Positions 7,817-17,691 are shown, counted from the stretch's first letter. The stretch: 39,842 nt of DNA from Treponema sp. (GCA_031259515.1 JAIRLK010000194.1:1-39842), one strand, 5' to 3'. Program-made: numbers and translations. Notes: generated by a model from the letters alone, not told the origin.

Positions 7817-8037
7817 CGGGTAACGGTTGTCTCAAGCATTTGTTTCAGATCATCTATAGACGTAGCCTGGCTCATGAGTCTGGAAAACAATTCGCGCTCC
7901 TTTTCACGGCCTTTTTCGATGCCTTTTTCGATGCCTTTTTCCCAGCCTTCTTCGCGGCCTCTTTCGACGCCTCTTTCCCAACTTTCTTCACGGGCTACCT
8001 TTATGGCATCCTCTAAATTCCATTCTGCCGTCAGCAT
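7807..8037 (-). CDS. candidate internally initiated small protein (76 aa, RpnS-like), in frame with the Rpn C-terminus
   Basis: On the minus strand GAGGAGG (8049-8043) is followed by a 5-nt spacer and ATG (8037-8035). The product would be MLTAEWNLEDAIKVAREESWERG...TVTRQS. Confidence 0.35.
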   Translation of the reverse strand: MLTAEWNLEDAIKVAREESWERGVERGREEGWEKGIEKGIEKGREKERELFSRLMSQATSIDDLKQMLETTVTRQS

Positions 8038-8724
8038 ATTTACCTCCTCAGGCGATAGGTTTTCAAAAAAATCCTTTAAGATGTTGTGTTCCTTGCAATA
8101 AGAAATCGAATCCGCTATGGCTTTCTCCCTGCATTGTACCCTCGTCATCGCGGGATTCTCTTTTGCCAGGCGTTTTTGCGCGGCTTCTACTCTGTCGATG
8201 TAGGTAATATAGCCGCGCAAAAGCGGGCATTTTTCAAGTATCGCTTGGTTGAATCCTTCGTTGATGTTGATGACGGTTACGAAGAGTTCCAGGTTTACGT
8301 CTCCGCCGTCTTCAAATGCGTCAGATAATTTGAGGGTCTGAATGTCCTCTTTCATGGCGGGGTCTTTGCACAATACGATGAATTCGGGGCGCGGAATCTT
8401 AATCAGCTTTTCGCGGTAAACGGCGGACTTGTCGGTGATGCAGTTCTCAAATAAGCGGGCGCTATGCGAAAGGAAGCGTAAGGGCATATTCTCGTTGAGG
8501 CTGGACTGGTGTTCTGCGGCAAGCACTAATTTTCCCGCGATGATGCCTGAAACATCGTTTTTTCTCATGGTAAAAAGGGTTTCAGGGAGGGTATTTATCA
8601 GGACATCGGTGTTTTCATCGTAGTTTTTGCCGGATACGGCGTTGTACAGGGAGAGGAAGGCCGTGCGATTGTTAAACAGCGACCTGAAAAGGCTGTCCTT
8701 ATAAATTCCGCTCATAAGAAGCAT
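7807..8724 (-). CDS. Rpn family recombination-promoting nuclease / putative transposase (YhgA-like PD-(D/E)XK)
   Basis: The N-terminus YKDSLFRSLFNNRTAFLSLYNAVSG..., the block DVSGIIAGKLVLAAEHQSS (the D...E-x-Q nuclease core seen in the EHQS of E. coli Rpn proteins) and a charged xEKG-repeat C-terminus all fit the family. The start is likely M58 or M61 of the listed ORF (8724 or 8715), because the upstream 57 codons are GC-rich and repeat-like. Confidence 0.75.
   Translation of the reverse strand: MLLMSGIYKDSLFRSLFNNRTAFLSLYNAVSGKNYDENTDVLINTLPETLFTMRKNDVSGIIAGKLVLAAEHQSSLNENMPLRFLSHSARLFENCITDKSAVYREKLIKIPRPEFIVLCKDPAMKEDIQTLKLSDAFEDGGDVNLELFVTVININEGFNQAILEKCPLLRGYITYIDRVEAAQKRLAKENPAMTRVQCREKAIADSISYCKEHNILKDFFENLSPEEVNMLTAEWNLEDAIKVAREESWERGVERGREEGWEKGIEKGIEKGREKERELFSRLMSQATSIDDLKQMLETTVTRQS
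7909..7992. repeat. 12-nt periodic imperfect tandem repeat (7 units) encoding x-E-K/R-G tetrapeptides
   Basis: The units are GCCTTTTTCGAT, GCCTTTTTCGAT, GCCTTTTTCCCA, GCCTTCTTCGCG, GCCTCTTTCGAC, GCCTCTTTCCCA and ACTTTCTTCACG, read consecutively from 7909. Confidence 0.8.
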
Positions 8725-8773
8725 GTTACGGGCTTTTATGGAGATAGGCAAGGGCGGTACGGGGGGAGCCTCC

Positions 8774-8814
8774 GCGTTGCCAGACCTCTCTCCGGCGTTG
8801 CCGGGCCTGTCTCC
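8774..8814. repeat. 21-nt period direct repeat (2 copies) in the GC-rich divergent intergenic region
   Basis: GCGTTGCCAGACCTCTCTCC (8774-8793), then a G, then GCGTTGCCGGGCCTGTCTCC (8795-8814). The copies match at 17 of 20 positions. Confidence 0.6.
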
Positions 8815-9044
8815 AAAACGGCGTAGGCGGGGAAGGGCTTTTCCGCTAGGCGGGGACACCGGCAGGGTCGCTCTTCTTCCGGGACCCGCCGCCATTCACC
8901 GTGATGACGGGGGGCTTGGGCCGCTGGGTCCTTTGGACCCTTAGCGGGGATGGGCAGCGCCCCGCAGCGTTAATGCGCTCCCCTGGCATGAGGCGTTTAT
9001 CATCTTCCCCAATTCACGTTTATTTATTAAAATTACCGGCAACC

Positions 9045-11303
9045 ATGCCCCACAAAACGATAAAACACATTCGTTGCCCAACCGGAATGAAGGCGGGACT
9101 GCTGACAGGCTGCGTTTTCTTGATGACGGCGGCTTTTCCTGTTGTTATTGAGGCCAGAACAGGCGGACTGCCGGATCAGGTCGGGTGGCAGGTCATAGCC
9201 GGAACGGATACGGGACTTTACGGAATAAACCGCTACGGCGCAGTAAATCCCTTTTGGACCGGCGGCGAGGTGAGAAAGATACTCAAAATTGGGGATTCCT
9301 GGGCCATATTGAGCGATAAAGGGGTCCTGATTTCCCCGGACCTTATTCAATGGGAAAGCCGGAACAGCGGGCTCCCGGAAAAAACCATAAAAGTCTACGA
9401 CGAGGGGATAAAATCTTTTATAACGGTTGTACAGGAAATCAAAGACCTTGAGGTGAATCCGGCAAATCCGGATATCATGGTCTGCGCCACGAAGGAAGCG
9501 GCTTTTATCACCAGGGACCAGGGACGGTCCTGGCAGAGCCTGGGATTCCCCTCTTACCGGACCAACGGCGTCAAGGCGGTGGCGGTGGCGAACCTGCCGG
9601 AACTCACGGTATTTCTTTCCCACAGTATCTACGGGGTCCACTATACCAGAGCCGAATCGCCGGGGGGCAAATGGACGGAATTGATCGAGGGCCTGGAAAA
9701 GCTGGAGACCACGGGTAACCCCGATGAGGTATCGGATATTGCCGTAACCGTGATCCAGACGGACGATGAAAATGGCCGATCCCAAAACGAGATATACGCC
9801 GCCCAGACCTTCCGCCGCCGCCTCTACCGGCTGGATTGGGAACGGAAGCGTTTTACCCGGATATGGTCGGATGCCGCAGACTTCGGTACGGTGGATTCCC
9901 TGGACGTGGGCCGGGATGCCCTGCGCTTTGTCCGGGAGGGAACGGTCCTGGAGATAACCCGTCCTGGGCTGTCCGTTGCGGAGGAGCCGGAACTCCGGCC
10001 CCGGCAGGACCTCCGGGACCTGGTCCAGGATATGGCAAGACAAGGGCTTACCGCTCTCTGCATAGCCGTTCCGGAAAATAGCCTCCGCTCCGGTTCGGAA
10101 CCGGTAATCCTTTCGGAACTCTGGTTGCTTAACGCCCCCTCCCGTGACGAGGGCGGCGAACCGGAGTATGGAGAAGGAAGCCGGGCCGCGGACCGGCGGG
10201 AAAATCCCGCGGCAAACCGGGAGGGCCTTTATCTTCCGGTGAACCACGCCATGGACAGCCGGTCCCTCCAGCCCTATCTGGATATTATCGAGAACCGGAA
10301 CCTCAACATGGTGGTCGTTGACATGAAGGATGATTACGGACGCATCAGGTTCACTCCCCTAAACCCGGTCATCGCGGAAAAAGGCCGGGTGTTCCGTCCG
10401 GTTGACATAGACGCCTTCCTCAAAACCATGAAGGAACAAGGCATATATACCGCCGCCCGGCTGGTGGTCTTCAAAGACCCGGAACTTGCCCGGAAAGAAG
10501 GCAATAAATTTGCGATCTGGGACGGCCGCAGCAACAAACCCTGGAAAGGCTACTACGATACCCGAAGGCTCAAAACGCCGGAAGGCCGGGAGTCTTCGGA
10601 TTCCTCTTTGGCGGTGGAAATCTTTCCCGCCGCCGATCCCGCTTACGAGATAGTCCGCACCTACTACGACGAACAATGGGTAGACCCTTACGCCGAGGAG
10701 GTCTGGGACTACATCGCCGCAGTGGGACGGGAACTATATGAACGGGGGTTTGACGAGATTCAGTTTGATTACATCCGGTTTCCAACCGATGGCGACAACC
10801 TGGCGGATGCCCGGTACCGGTGGCGGGAAGATGGGATGGACATGGAAAGCGTCATGCTCTCGTTCCTGCGCCATATCCGCGCCCGGATCGGCGCTCCTAT
10901 TTCCATCGATATTTACGGAGCCAACGGCTGGTACCGGACCGGCGCGAGAACCGGTCAGGAGGTGGAACTTCTGGCCCCCTATGTGGACGTGATCTGCCCC
11001 ATGTATTACCCCAGCCACTTTGAGCAGAACTTCCTGGCTCAAAGGCCGGCGGAACTCCGGCCCTACCGTATCTACTACCAGGGTACCCAGCGTACCGTCC
11101 GTATTGCCCGGGGACAGGTTGTAGTCCGGCCCTATGTGCAAGCCTTCTACCTCAACGTTTCCTATGACCGGACATATTACAACAACGATTATGTACTCCG
11201 GGAGGTCGAAGGGGTTCGGGACGCCGGCAGCGGCGGACTCACTTACTGGAACAACTCAGGCCGCTACGCCGATATTCCCATGCCGGCTCAGGACGCGAGG
11301 TAG
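9045..11303 (+). CDS. exported/lipoprotein with an N-terminal BNR (Asp-box) region and a C-terminal DUF4015-like putative glycoside hydrolase domain
   Basis: Signal/lipobox-like MKAGLLTGCVFLM, an Asp-box TRDQGRSW, and a C-terminal block NMVVVDMKDDYGRIRF...FDEIQFDYIRFPTDG...CPMYYPSHF typical of the DUF4015 putative glycosyl hydrolase family. The start is 9045 or 9087; codons upstream from 8901 look non-coding. Confidence 0.65.
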   Translation: MPHKTIKHIRCPTGMKAGLLTGCVFLMTAAFPVVIEARTGGLPDQVGWQVIAGTDTGLYGINRYGAVNPFWTGGEVRKILKIGDSWAILSDKGVLISPDLIQWESRNSGLPEKTIKVYDEGIKSFITVVQEIKDLEVNPANPDIMVCATKEAAFITRDQGRSWQSLGFPSYRTNGVKAVAVANLPELTVFLSHSIYGVHYTRAESPGGKWTELIEGLEKLETTGNPDEVSDIAVTVIQTDDENGRSQNEIYAAQTFRRRLYRLDWERKRFTRIWSDAADFGTVDSLDVGRDALRFVREGTVLEITRPGLSVAEEPELRPRQDLRDLVQDMARQGLTALCIAVPENSLRSGSEPVILSELWLLNAPSRDEGGEPEYGEGSRAADRRENPAANREGLYLPVNHAMDSRSLQPYLDIIENRNLNMVVVDMKDDYGRIRFTPLNPVIAEKGRVFRPVDIDAFLKTMKEQGIYTAARLVVFKDPELARKEGNKFAIWDGRSNKPWKGYYDTRRLKTPEGRESSDSSLAVEIFPAADPAYEIVRTYYDEQWVDPYAEEVWDYIAAVGRELYERGFDEIQFDYIRFPTDGDNLADARYRWREDGMDMESVMLSFLRHIRARIGAPISIDIYGANGWYRTGARTGQEVELLAPYVDVICPMYYPSHFEQNFLAQRPAELRPYRIYYQGTQRTVRIARGQVVVRPYVQAFYLNVSYDRTYYNNDYVLREVEGVRDAGSGGLTYWNNSGRYADIPMPAQDAR

Positions 11304-11304
11304 C

Positions 11305-11655
11305 TTACCCGGCGCTCCAAAGCCGTTCCAGTTCATAAAAAGAACGGGATCTCTCTGTCATGAGGTGTACCACCACCGTACCCAGGTCGATCAGTACCCA
11401 CTCATCATCCGAGGCGATTTTACGCCGGCCTCTGAGGATTTCGACCCCCCGATCCCGGCAAAACTCCTTGATATGCCGCAGCAACCCCATAAGATGGGTT
11501 TGGCCTGAAACCGTCGTAATCACAAAGAAATCGGTCCAACTGTTCAGTTCTCTTAAATCCAGCACCGCCACATTCTGGCCCTTGTGGTCCTGGAGCAAAG
11601 CGCTCAGGTCCTGGGCAAGGGCGGTCCCATCATTCACCGGTAACATATCGTCCAT
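11305..11655 (-). CDS. rsfS: ribosome silencing factor RsfS (Iojap family)
   Basis: The size and sequence (QNVAVLDLRELNSWTDFFVITTVSGQTHL...WVLIDLGTVVVHLM...YELERLW) are typical of RsfS. The start overlaps the 3' end of the LCP gene. Confidence 0.85.
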   Translation of the reverse strand: MDDMLPVNDGTALAQDLSALLQDHKGQNVAVLDLRELNSWTDFFVITTVSGQTHLMGLLRHIKEFCRDRGVEILRGRRKIASDDEWVLIDLGTVVVHLMTERSRSFYELERLWSAG

Positions 11656-12840
11656 TAAAATCCCCCCCGATAATAAGCGTAAAATCCGATCGGTATTCCA
11701 CCGTTTGCAGACCCATATTCAATTCCTCCGGAGCGGCGGCTTCGGAACGAATATTGGTACAACGGATAATTTCCGCGAAAATCTGGGCTACTTCGGCGGA
11801 ACCGAACCGGTCTATGATTTCCGTAGCCTCGTAATCGCTGCGGTCGGCGTTCCCTATGGAAATGACGTCGTACCCGAAGCCCCTCAACAGTTCCGCAGTC
11901 CGGCCCGCAAGGCCCGCAACCCCCGTGCCATTCAGGACCTCCACTGTAAAGACCCGTTCTGTAAGGGAACCTTCCACCTGCCGGATCATCGCCCCCAGAG
12001 ACTGCCGGACTATCTCCTTGATGAGGCTCCCATCATAATAGGGAAACAGGAACATCTGCCCCGATACTTCCCGGTAATTTCCCCCTACCGTCTGGACGGC
12101 CATCCTATCCGTATCAATATTTGATAACTCCTCGAAAAGCCGTATGCGGGTATGCTGATTCATTCCAGTTTTTATCAGAGGCTGAACGGCCTGAAGCATG
12201 GCGGGATTTTTCAGGATGCCGTTCTTTTCCCCCAGCCTCTTGATAAATCCCAGGAAAAACCGCTGCCGCCTAAAGCTTACCACATCGCCGTCTTCATCGG
12301 GAAGCCGATACGTGAGAAATGAAAGGACTTTATCCCCGTCAAGACGGGTTATCCCGGAAGGAAACAGGATCAAGTTATCCGGCTCGTACACCGAAACCGC
12401 TACGGGGATGAACAGTTCCACCCCTTCAATGAGGTCCGCCATTTTCCCCAGGCCGGGAAGGTCAAAGATCAGGGAAAAATTGATGTCAATCCCCAGAAGC
12501 GCCTCAACTTCACTTTCAAACGGTGTTATACGAAGAGGATCATAAACCGTGTCTATACGGTCTAGCCGGTTGATCCGCCTGATTATCAGGCCGACCTCCC
12601 CAGGAATGTCAAAAACCGCCGCCCTTTTGGTTCTGGAGTAGTACATTAATACATAGGATGCCAGGGGCTTCCCTTCAGCCTCAAAGACAAACAGGGTATT
12701 GATAACCCGGTCTCCGGAAAGGGCCTCTTCTATGGGGTCCTGCCGCAGGGCCATAACGGTGAAAAAGACCCCCGCGCCCAAAAGTACCACGATGGCGGCC
12801 AGAAGGAAAATGCTCGCGTCGGTTTTGGTTTGCCGCCCTC

Positions 12841-12844
<4 letters not shown>
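11630..12844 (-). CDS. LCP (LytR-CpsA-Psr) family protein with a C-terminal LytR_C domain
   Basis: One N-terminal TM helix, an LCP-like core and a C-terminal VEVLNGTGVAGLAGRTAELLRGFGYDVISIGNAD block. The GTG start overlaps the nadD-yqeK stop as GTGA. Confidence 0.7.
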
Positions 12845-15104
<2,260 letters not shown>

Positions 15105-15195
15105 TTACGCGCTTTAGGGAAGAACTATGTTTTTCGTTCTTTTGTGAGGGGATATAAGGCGCAACCGTCACCGTTGGGTTCCCCGCAGAGGGCAG

Positions 15196-15453
15196 CTATT
15201 CGGCAGCGGGAATAATGCCGGCGAGTTTACGGCCCCGGCGTTGGGAGAAAGCGACGGTTCCGTCTACCTTGGCGAAAAGCGTGTAATCCCCCCCGCAACC
15301 CACGTTGAGTCCTGGGTGTATCTTAGTACCCCGCTGGCGCACAATGATGGTTCCGGCCCTAACCGAAGCGCCGCCGGGGGCCTTGATGCCTAAATATTGA
15401 GGGTTCGAGTCCCGCCCGTTTTTTGCTCCGCTGCCGCCCCGTTTCCGTGCCAT
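15196..15453 (-). CDS. rpmA: 50S ribosomal protein L27
   Basis: [24 protein letters not shown]...[13 protein letters not shown]. An in-frame TGA lies 10 codons upstream of the ATG, so no N-terminal extension is possible. Confidence 0.95.
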   Translation of the reverse strand: MARKRGGSGAKNGRDSNPQYLGIKAPGGASVRAGTIIVRQRGTKIHPGLNVGCGGDYTLFAKVDGTVAFSQRRGRKLAGIIPAAE

Positions 15454-15454
15454 A

Positions 15455-15793
15455 TTAATTCCTCCATTCTCTGTGTATGGTCAATTCGCAAAATTCCGGA
15501 TAGAGCTCGGCCACAGAACTAAAGCCTTCCATGAGGAAAGCCCCCGCGCCAAGAAGAAAATCCCGGCCCCCGCCGGAATAATCCGTCTCCATCAGGAAAA
15601 CTCCCCGCTCCGGAGCGCCGCCCCGGAGGGTTACACCTTCCCTGCCGGAAAGGGTTCTAAAAGCCGTCCGCGTAAGGATCGAAACCGCCGCACAGACCAC
15701 ATCACTGCCTTTGGGCCCCGCGTTGGCGTGGCCGGTAACCCGGCAGGACAGCAACAACCCCGCCTCGTCCAAAGCCGCGTCAATCCTGATCAT
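15455..15793 (-). CDS. prp: ribosomal-processing cysteine protease Prp homologue (DUF464/YsxB)
   Basis: It sits between rplU and rpmA. The conserved His/Cys pair is in its usual context ([20 protein letters not shown]). Confidence 0.8.
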   Translation of the reverse strand: MIRIDAALDEAGLLLSCRVTGHANAGPKGSDVVCAAVSILTRTAFRTLSGREGVTLRGGAPERGVFLMETDYSGGGRDFLLGAGAFLMEGFSSVAELYPEFCELTIHREWRN

Positions 15794-15799
15794 ACCGGA

Positions 15800-16138
15800 T
15801 TAGGCTCCGATACCATCCCCGACGGTAATGTCGTCAATTTTGATAATCGAATATTGCTGCCGGTGTCCCTGTTTACGGCGGTAATCCTTTTTAGGCTTAT
15901 ATTTGAAAACAATGATCTTATCGCCCTTCAAATGACCGTCTACCGTCGCGGAGACCTTGACGCCAGGGACATAGGGAACCCCGATGGTAACCGAATCCGG
16001 AGCATCACTCTGGGAAAGAAGAAGAACTGAGTCAATCTCCAAAATATCTCCCGGTTCCGCGTCAAGCCGGTCAACCCGCAACAACGCGCCCTTTTCAGCC
16101 TTATACTGCTTGCCTTTCAATTCAACCAATGCGTACAT
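15800..16138 (-). CDS. rplU: 50S ribosomal protein L21
   Basis: MYALVELKGKQYKAEKG...KIIVFKYKPKKDYRRKQGHRQ is typical of L21. Confidence 0.95.
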   Translation of the reverse strand: MYALVELKGKQYKAEKGALLRVDRLDAEPGDILEIDSVLLLSQSDAPDSVTIGVPYVPGVKVSATVDGHLKGDKIIVFKYKPKKDYRRKQGHRQQYSIIKIDDITVGDGIGA

Positions 16139-16170
16139 GAATCATCATCCTTAATGCTACGAATAGGGAA

Positions 16171-16199
16171 TTTATACCCAAAATTGAAGTAAACGTCAA
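16171..16199 (-). promoter_or_regulatory. sigma70-type promoter candidate for the rplU operon
   Basis: On the minus strand: TTGACG (16199-16194), a 17-nt spacer, then TATAAA (16176-16171). An AAGGA Shine-Dalgarno precedes the ATG at 16138. Confidence 0.55.
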
Positions 16200-16258
16200 G
16201 AGGGGCAATTTTACATTTAACGCTAGAGGCTGTTCCAAAACTCGCATTCTACACGTTA

Positions 16259-16366
16259 GGGAGAGGGCAGTCGCCTCCTGTGTCCGGGCCAAGGTCCCGG
16301 CCTACCCCCACTACTGGGGCTCCGCTCCCGTAACGCCCTCGCCGGCGGAGACCTTAGGCCCTCCGG
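16259..16366 (-). repeat. GC-rich intergenic repeat family, copy C
   Basis: Read on the minus strand it aligns by eye with the copies at 28433-28520 (+) and 37116-37236 (-). Shared blocks are GGAGGGCCT..., GGGCGTTACGGGA and GCGACTGCCCTCTCCC. Confidence 0.5.
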
Positions 16367-16643
16367 ACCCCACGGGGCTGCTCGAACCCTTTCTTGCGCT
16401 CCTCTGTGGAAATTGCCCGTTTCTTACTCAATCCCGCCCTCCGCAAGACCCTATACACTTTCCGCCCCTGCCACTCTTGCCAGGTACTCCGGGGGATGCC
16501 CGCCCATCCGGCCAGTACCCCTTCCGTTTTTCCCGCTTTGTTTCCTCAAAATCAGTGTGTGTATACCACCTTATATGCTTCCTCTTTTTTGTCTGCGTTT
16601 ATCAAACGCGCAGCAATACCAAGACTGGCGCCTATAAAAAATA

Positions 16644-16661
16644 CGCAAATTTGCGCAAAAA
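16644..16661. promoter_or_regulatory. candidate LacI-family operator (overlapping palindromes CGCAAATTTGCG and TTTGCGCAAA)
   Basis: Perfect palindromes lie at 16644-16655 and 16650-16659, just downstream of a TATAAA box (16633-16638) and about 50 nt upstream of the LacI-family start. The 15-mer AAATTTGCGCAAAAA recurs at 23532-23546. Confidence 0.5.
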
Positions 16662-16707
16662 TAGTCCCCGGTTGAATAATCAGCGTAAAAATACTATCCT
16701 AAACCCA

Positions 16708-17691
16708 ATGAAAACTAACAGCCTCACCATGGAAGCCGTGGCGCGGAAAGCGGGTGTCTCGATTACTACCGTTTCGCATGTTATCAATAAAACCAGGCAT
16801 GTCAGTCAGGAAACTATGGCGGCGGTCTTACAGGCGATAGAAGATCTGAATTACCGGTCCGTAAAAATGATTAAGTCCTATAAAAATATCTGTATCGGAG
16901 TCATTCTGGCGGACGCCCGGGAAGACTTCTTTACCTCCCTGATTAAGGCGGTCGAATCGGTTGCCGCCGACTATGGAGCATCTATTATTTTCTGTGATTC
17001 CGAGATGGATACTGAAAAAGAAGAAAAAAATATCGCCGCGTTGGTAGAGCGGAATATAAACGGCCTGCTCCTTGCCCCGGTGGAAGCGGATCATATCCCC
17101 AAATTTTTAAGAAGAACTTCTGTCCCGATTGTTCTGGTAGACCGGCAGTATGAATCCCATGATTTTTTATTTGTCGGCATTAATAATTTCCAAAGCTGTT
17201 ACGCGGGAACAAAGCATCTTTTTGAAAAGGGAAGCAGGCATATTGGCTTCATAGGATATTCCCCTTCGGTTTATACTATTAAGCAGCGTATTCTTGGGTA
17301 TAAGGCCTTTATGGTGGATAACAGCCAGCCTTTTATCCCAAAGGTTCTGACCCTGAATTATAATAGGGAAGACTCTTCCCCGCTGATCAAACAATTTATT
17401 CTTGATGAAGGGCTTGACGGCCTTATCTGCGCCACATCCGCTCTTTGTTATGAGCTTATCGCGGTTCTGGATACGCTTGACATGGAAACGCGGAAACGGA
17501 TGAAAATTATCACGTTTGACGACAATCGCTGGTTTGATTATCTTAAGTATCCGGTGTCGGTGATTTCCCAGCCGGTGGCGGAAATAGGCAACGCCGCTGT
17601 GGAAAATCTTTTACAGATAATAGAACAGAAAAATTCCCTCTGCTCCGTAAAGCGGGAATTACTGTTCGATACCGGCATTGTCGGCCGATAA
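16708..17691 (+). CDS. LacI/GalR family transcriptional regulator
   Basis: N-terminal HTH (MEAVARKAGVSITTVSHVINKTRHVSQETMAAVLQAIEDLNYR) followed by a periplasmic-binding-protein-like sugar-binding domain. The open frame upstream from 16477 is judged non-coding. Confidence 0.9.
   Translation: MKTNSLTMEAVARKAGVSITTVSHVINKTRHVSQETMAAVLQAIEDLNYRSVKMIKSYKNICIGVILADAREDFFTSLIKAVESVAADYGASIIFCDSEMDTEKEEKNIAALVERNINGLLLAPVEADHIPKFLRRTSVPIVLVDRQYESHDFLFVGINNFQSCYAGTKHLFEKGSRHIGFIGYSPSVYTIKQRILGYKAFMVDNSQPFIPKVLTLNYNREDSSPLIKQFILDEGLDGLICATSALCYELIAVLDTLDMETRKRMKIITFDDNRWFDYLKYPVSVISQPVAEIGNAAVENLLQIIEQKNSLCSVKRELLFDTGIVGR

Noticed and set aside
9033-10247. Long antisense or alternative-frame ORFs in GC-rich genes. 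Examples are 9033..10247 (-), 13081..14337 (+), 25967..27058 (-), 6974..7693 (-), 14388..15215 (+), 30306..31055 (-) and 29692..30333 (-).
   Set aside because: They overlap confidently identified genes on the other strand. They have Arg/Pro/Gly-rich low-complexity translations typical of high-GC shadow ORFs, and they show no recognisable motifs.
15401-15413. A tRNA T-arm-like sequence, GGGTTCGAGTCCC.
   Set aside because: It lies inside rpmA, antisense to the codons for the conserved GRDSNP peptide. No acceptor, D or anticodon arms can be built around it.
16200-16560. A possible structured RNA gene (RNase P RNA, tmRNA, SRP RNA, 6S RNA or a riboswitch) in the 500-nt gap upstream of rplU.
   Set aside because: None of the diagnostic motifs I can recall is present on either strand; examples are GAAAGTCCGG for RNase P, a tRNA-like CCA end for tmRNA, and GGAAGCAGCC-type for SRP. 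The GC-rich part is better explained as a copy of the repeat family. A covariance-model scan would still be needed to be sure.
16477-16707. Long N-terminal extensions in the ORF track: the LacI-family ORF from 16477, Rpn from 8895, the DUF4015 gene from 8901, rlmN from 32074, the GNAT from 6911 and the small TPR-like ORF from 33660.
   Set aside because: The extensions have non-protein-like composition or overlap the upstream gene. Family-typical N-termini with better start contexts occur downstream.
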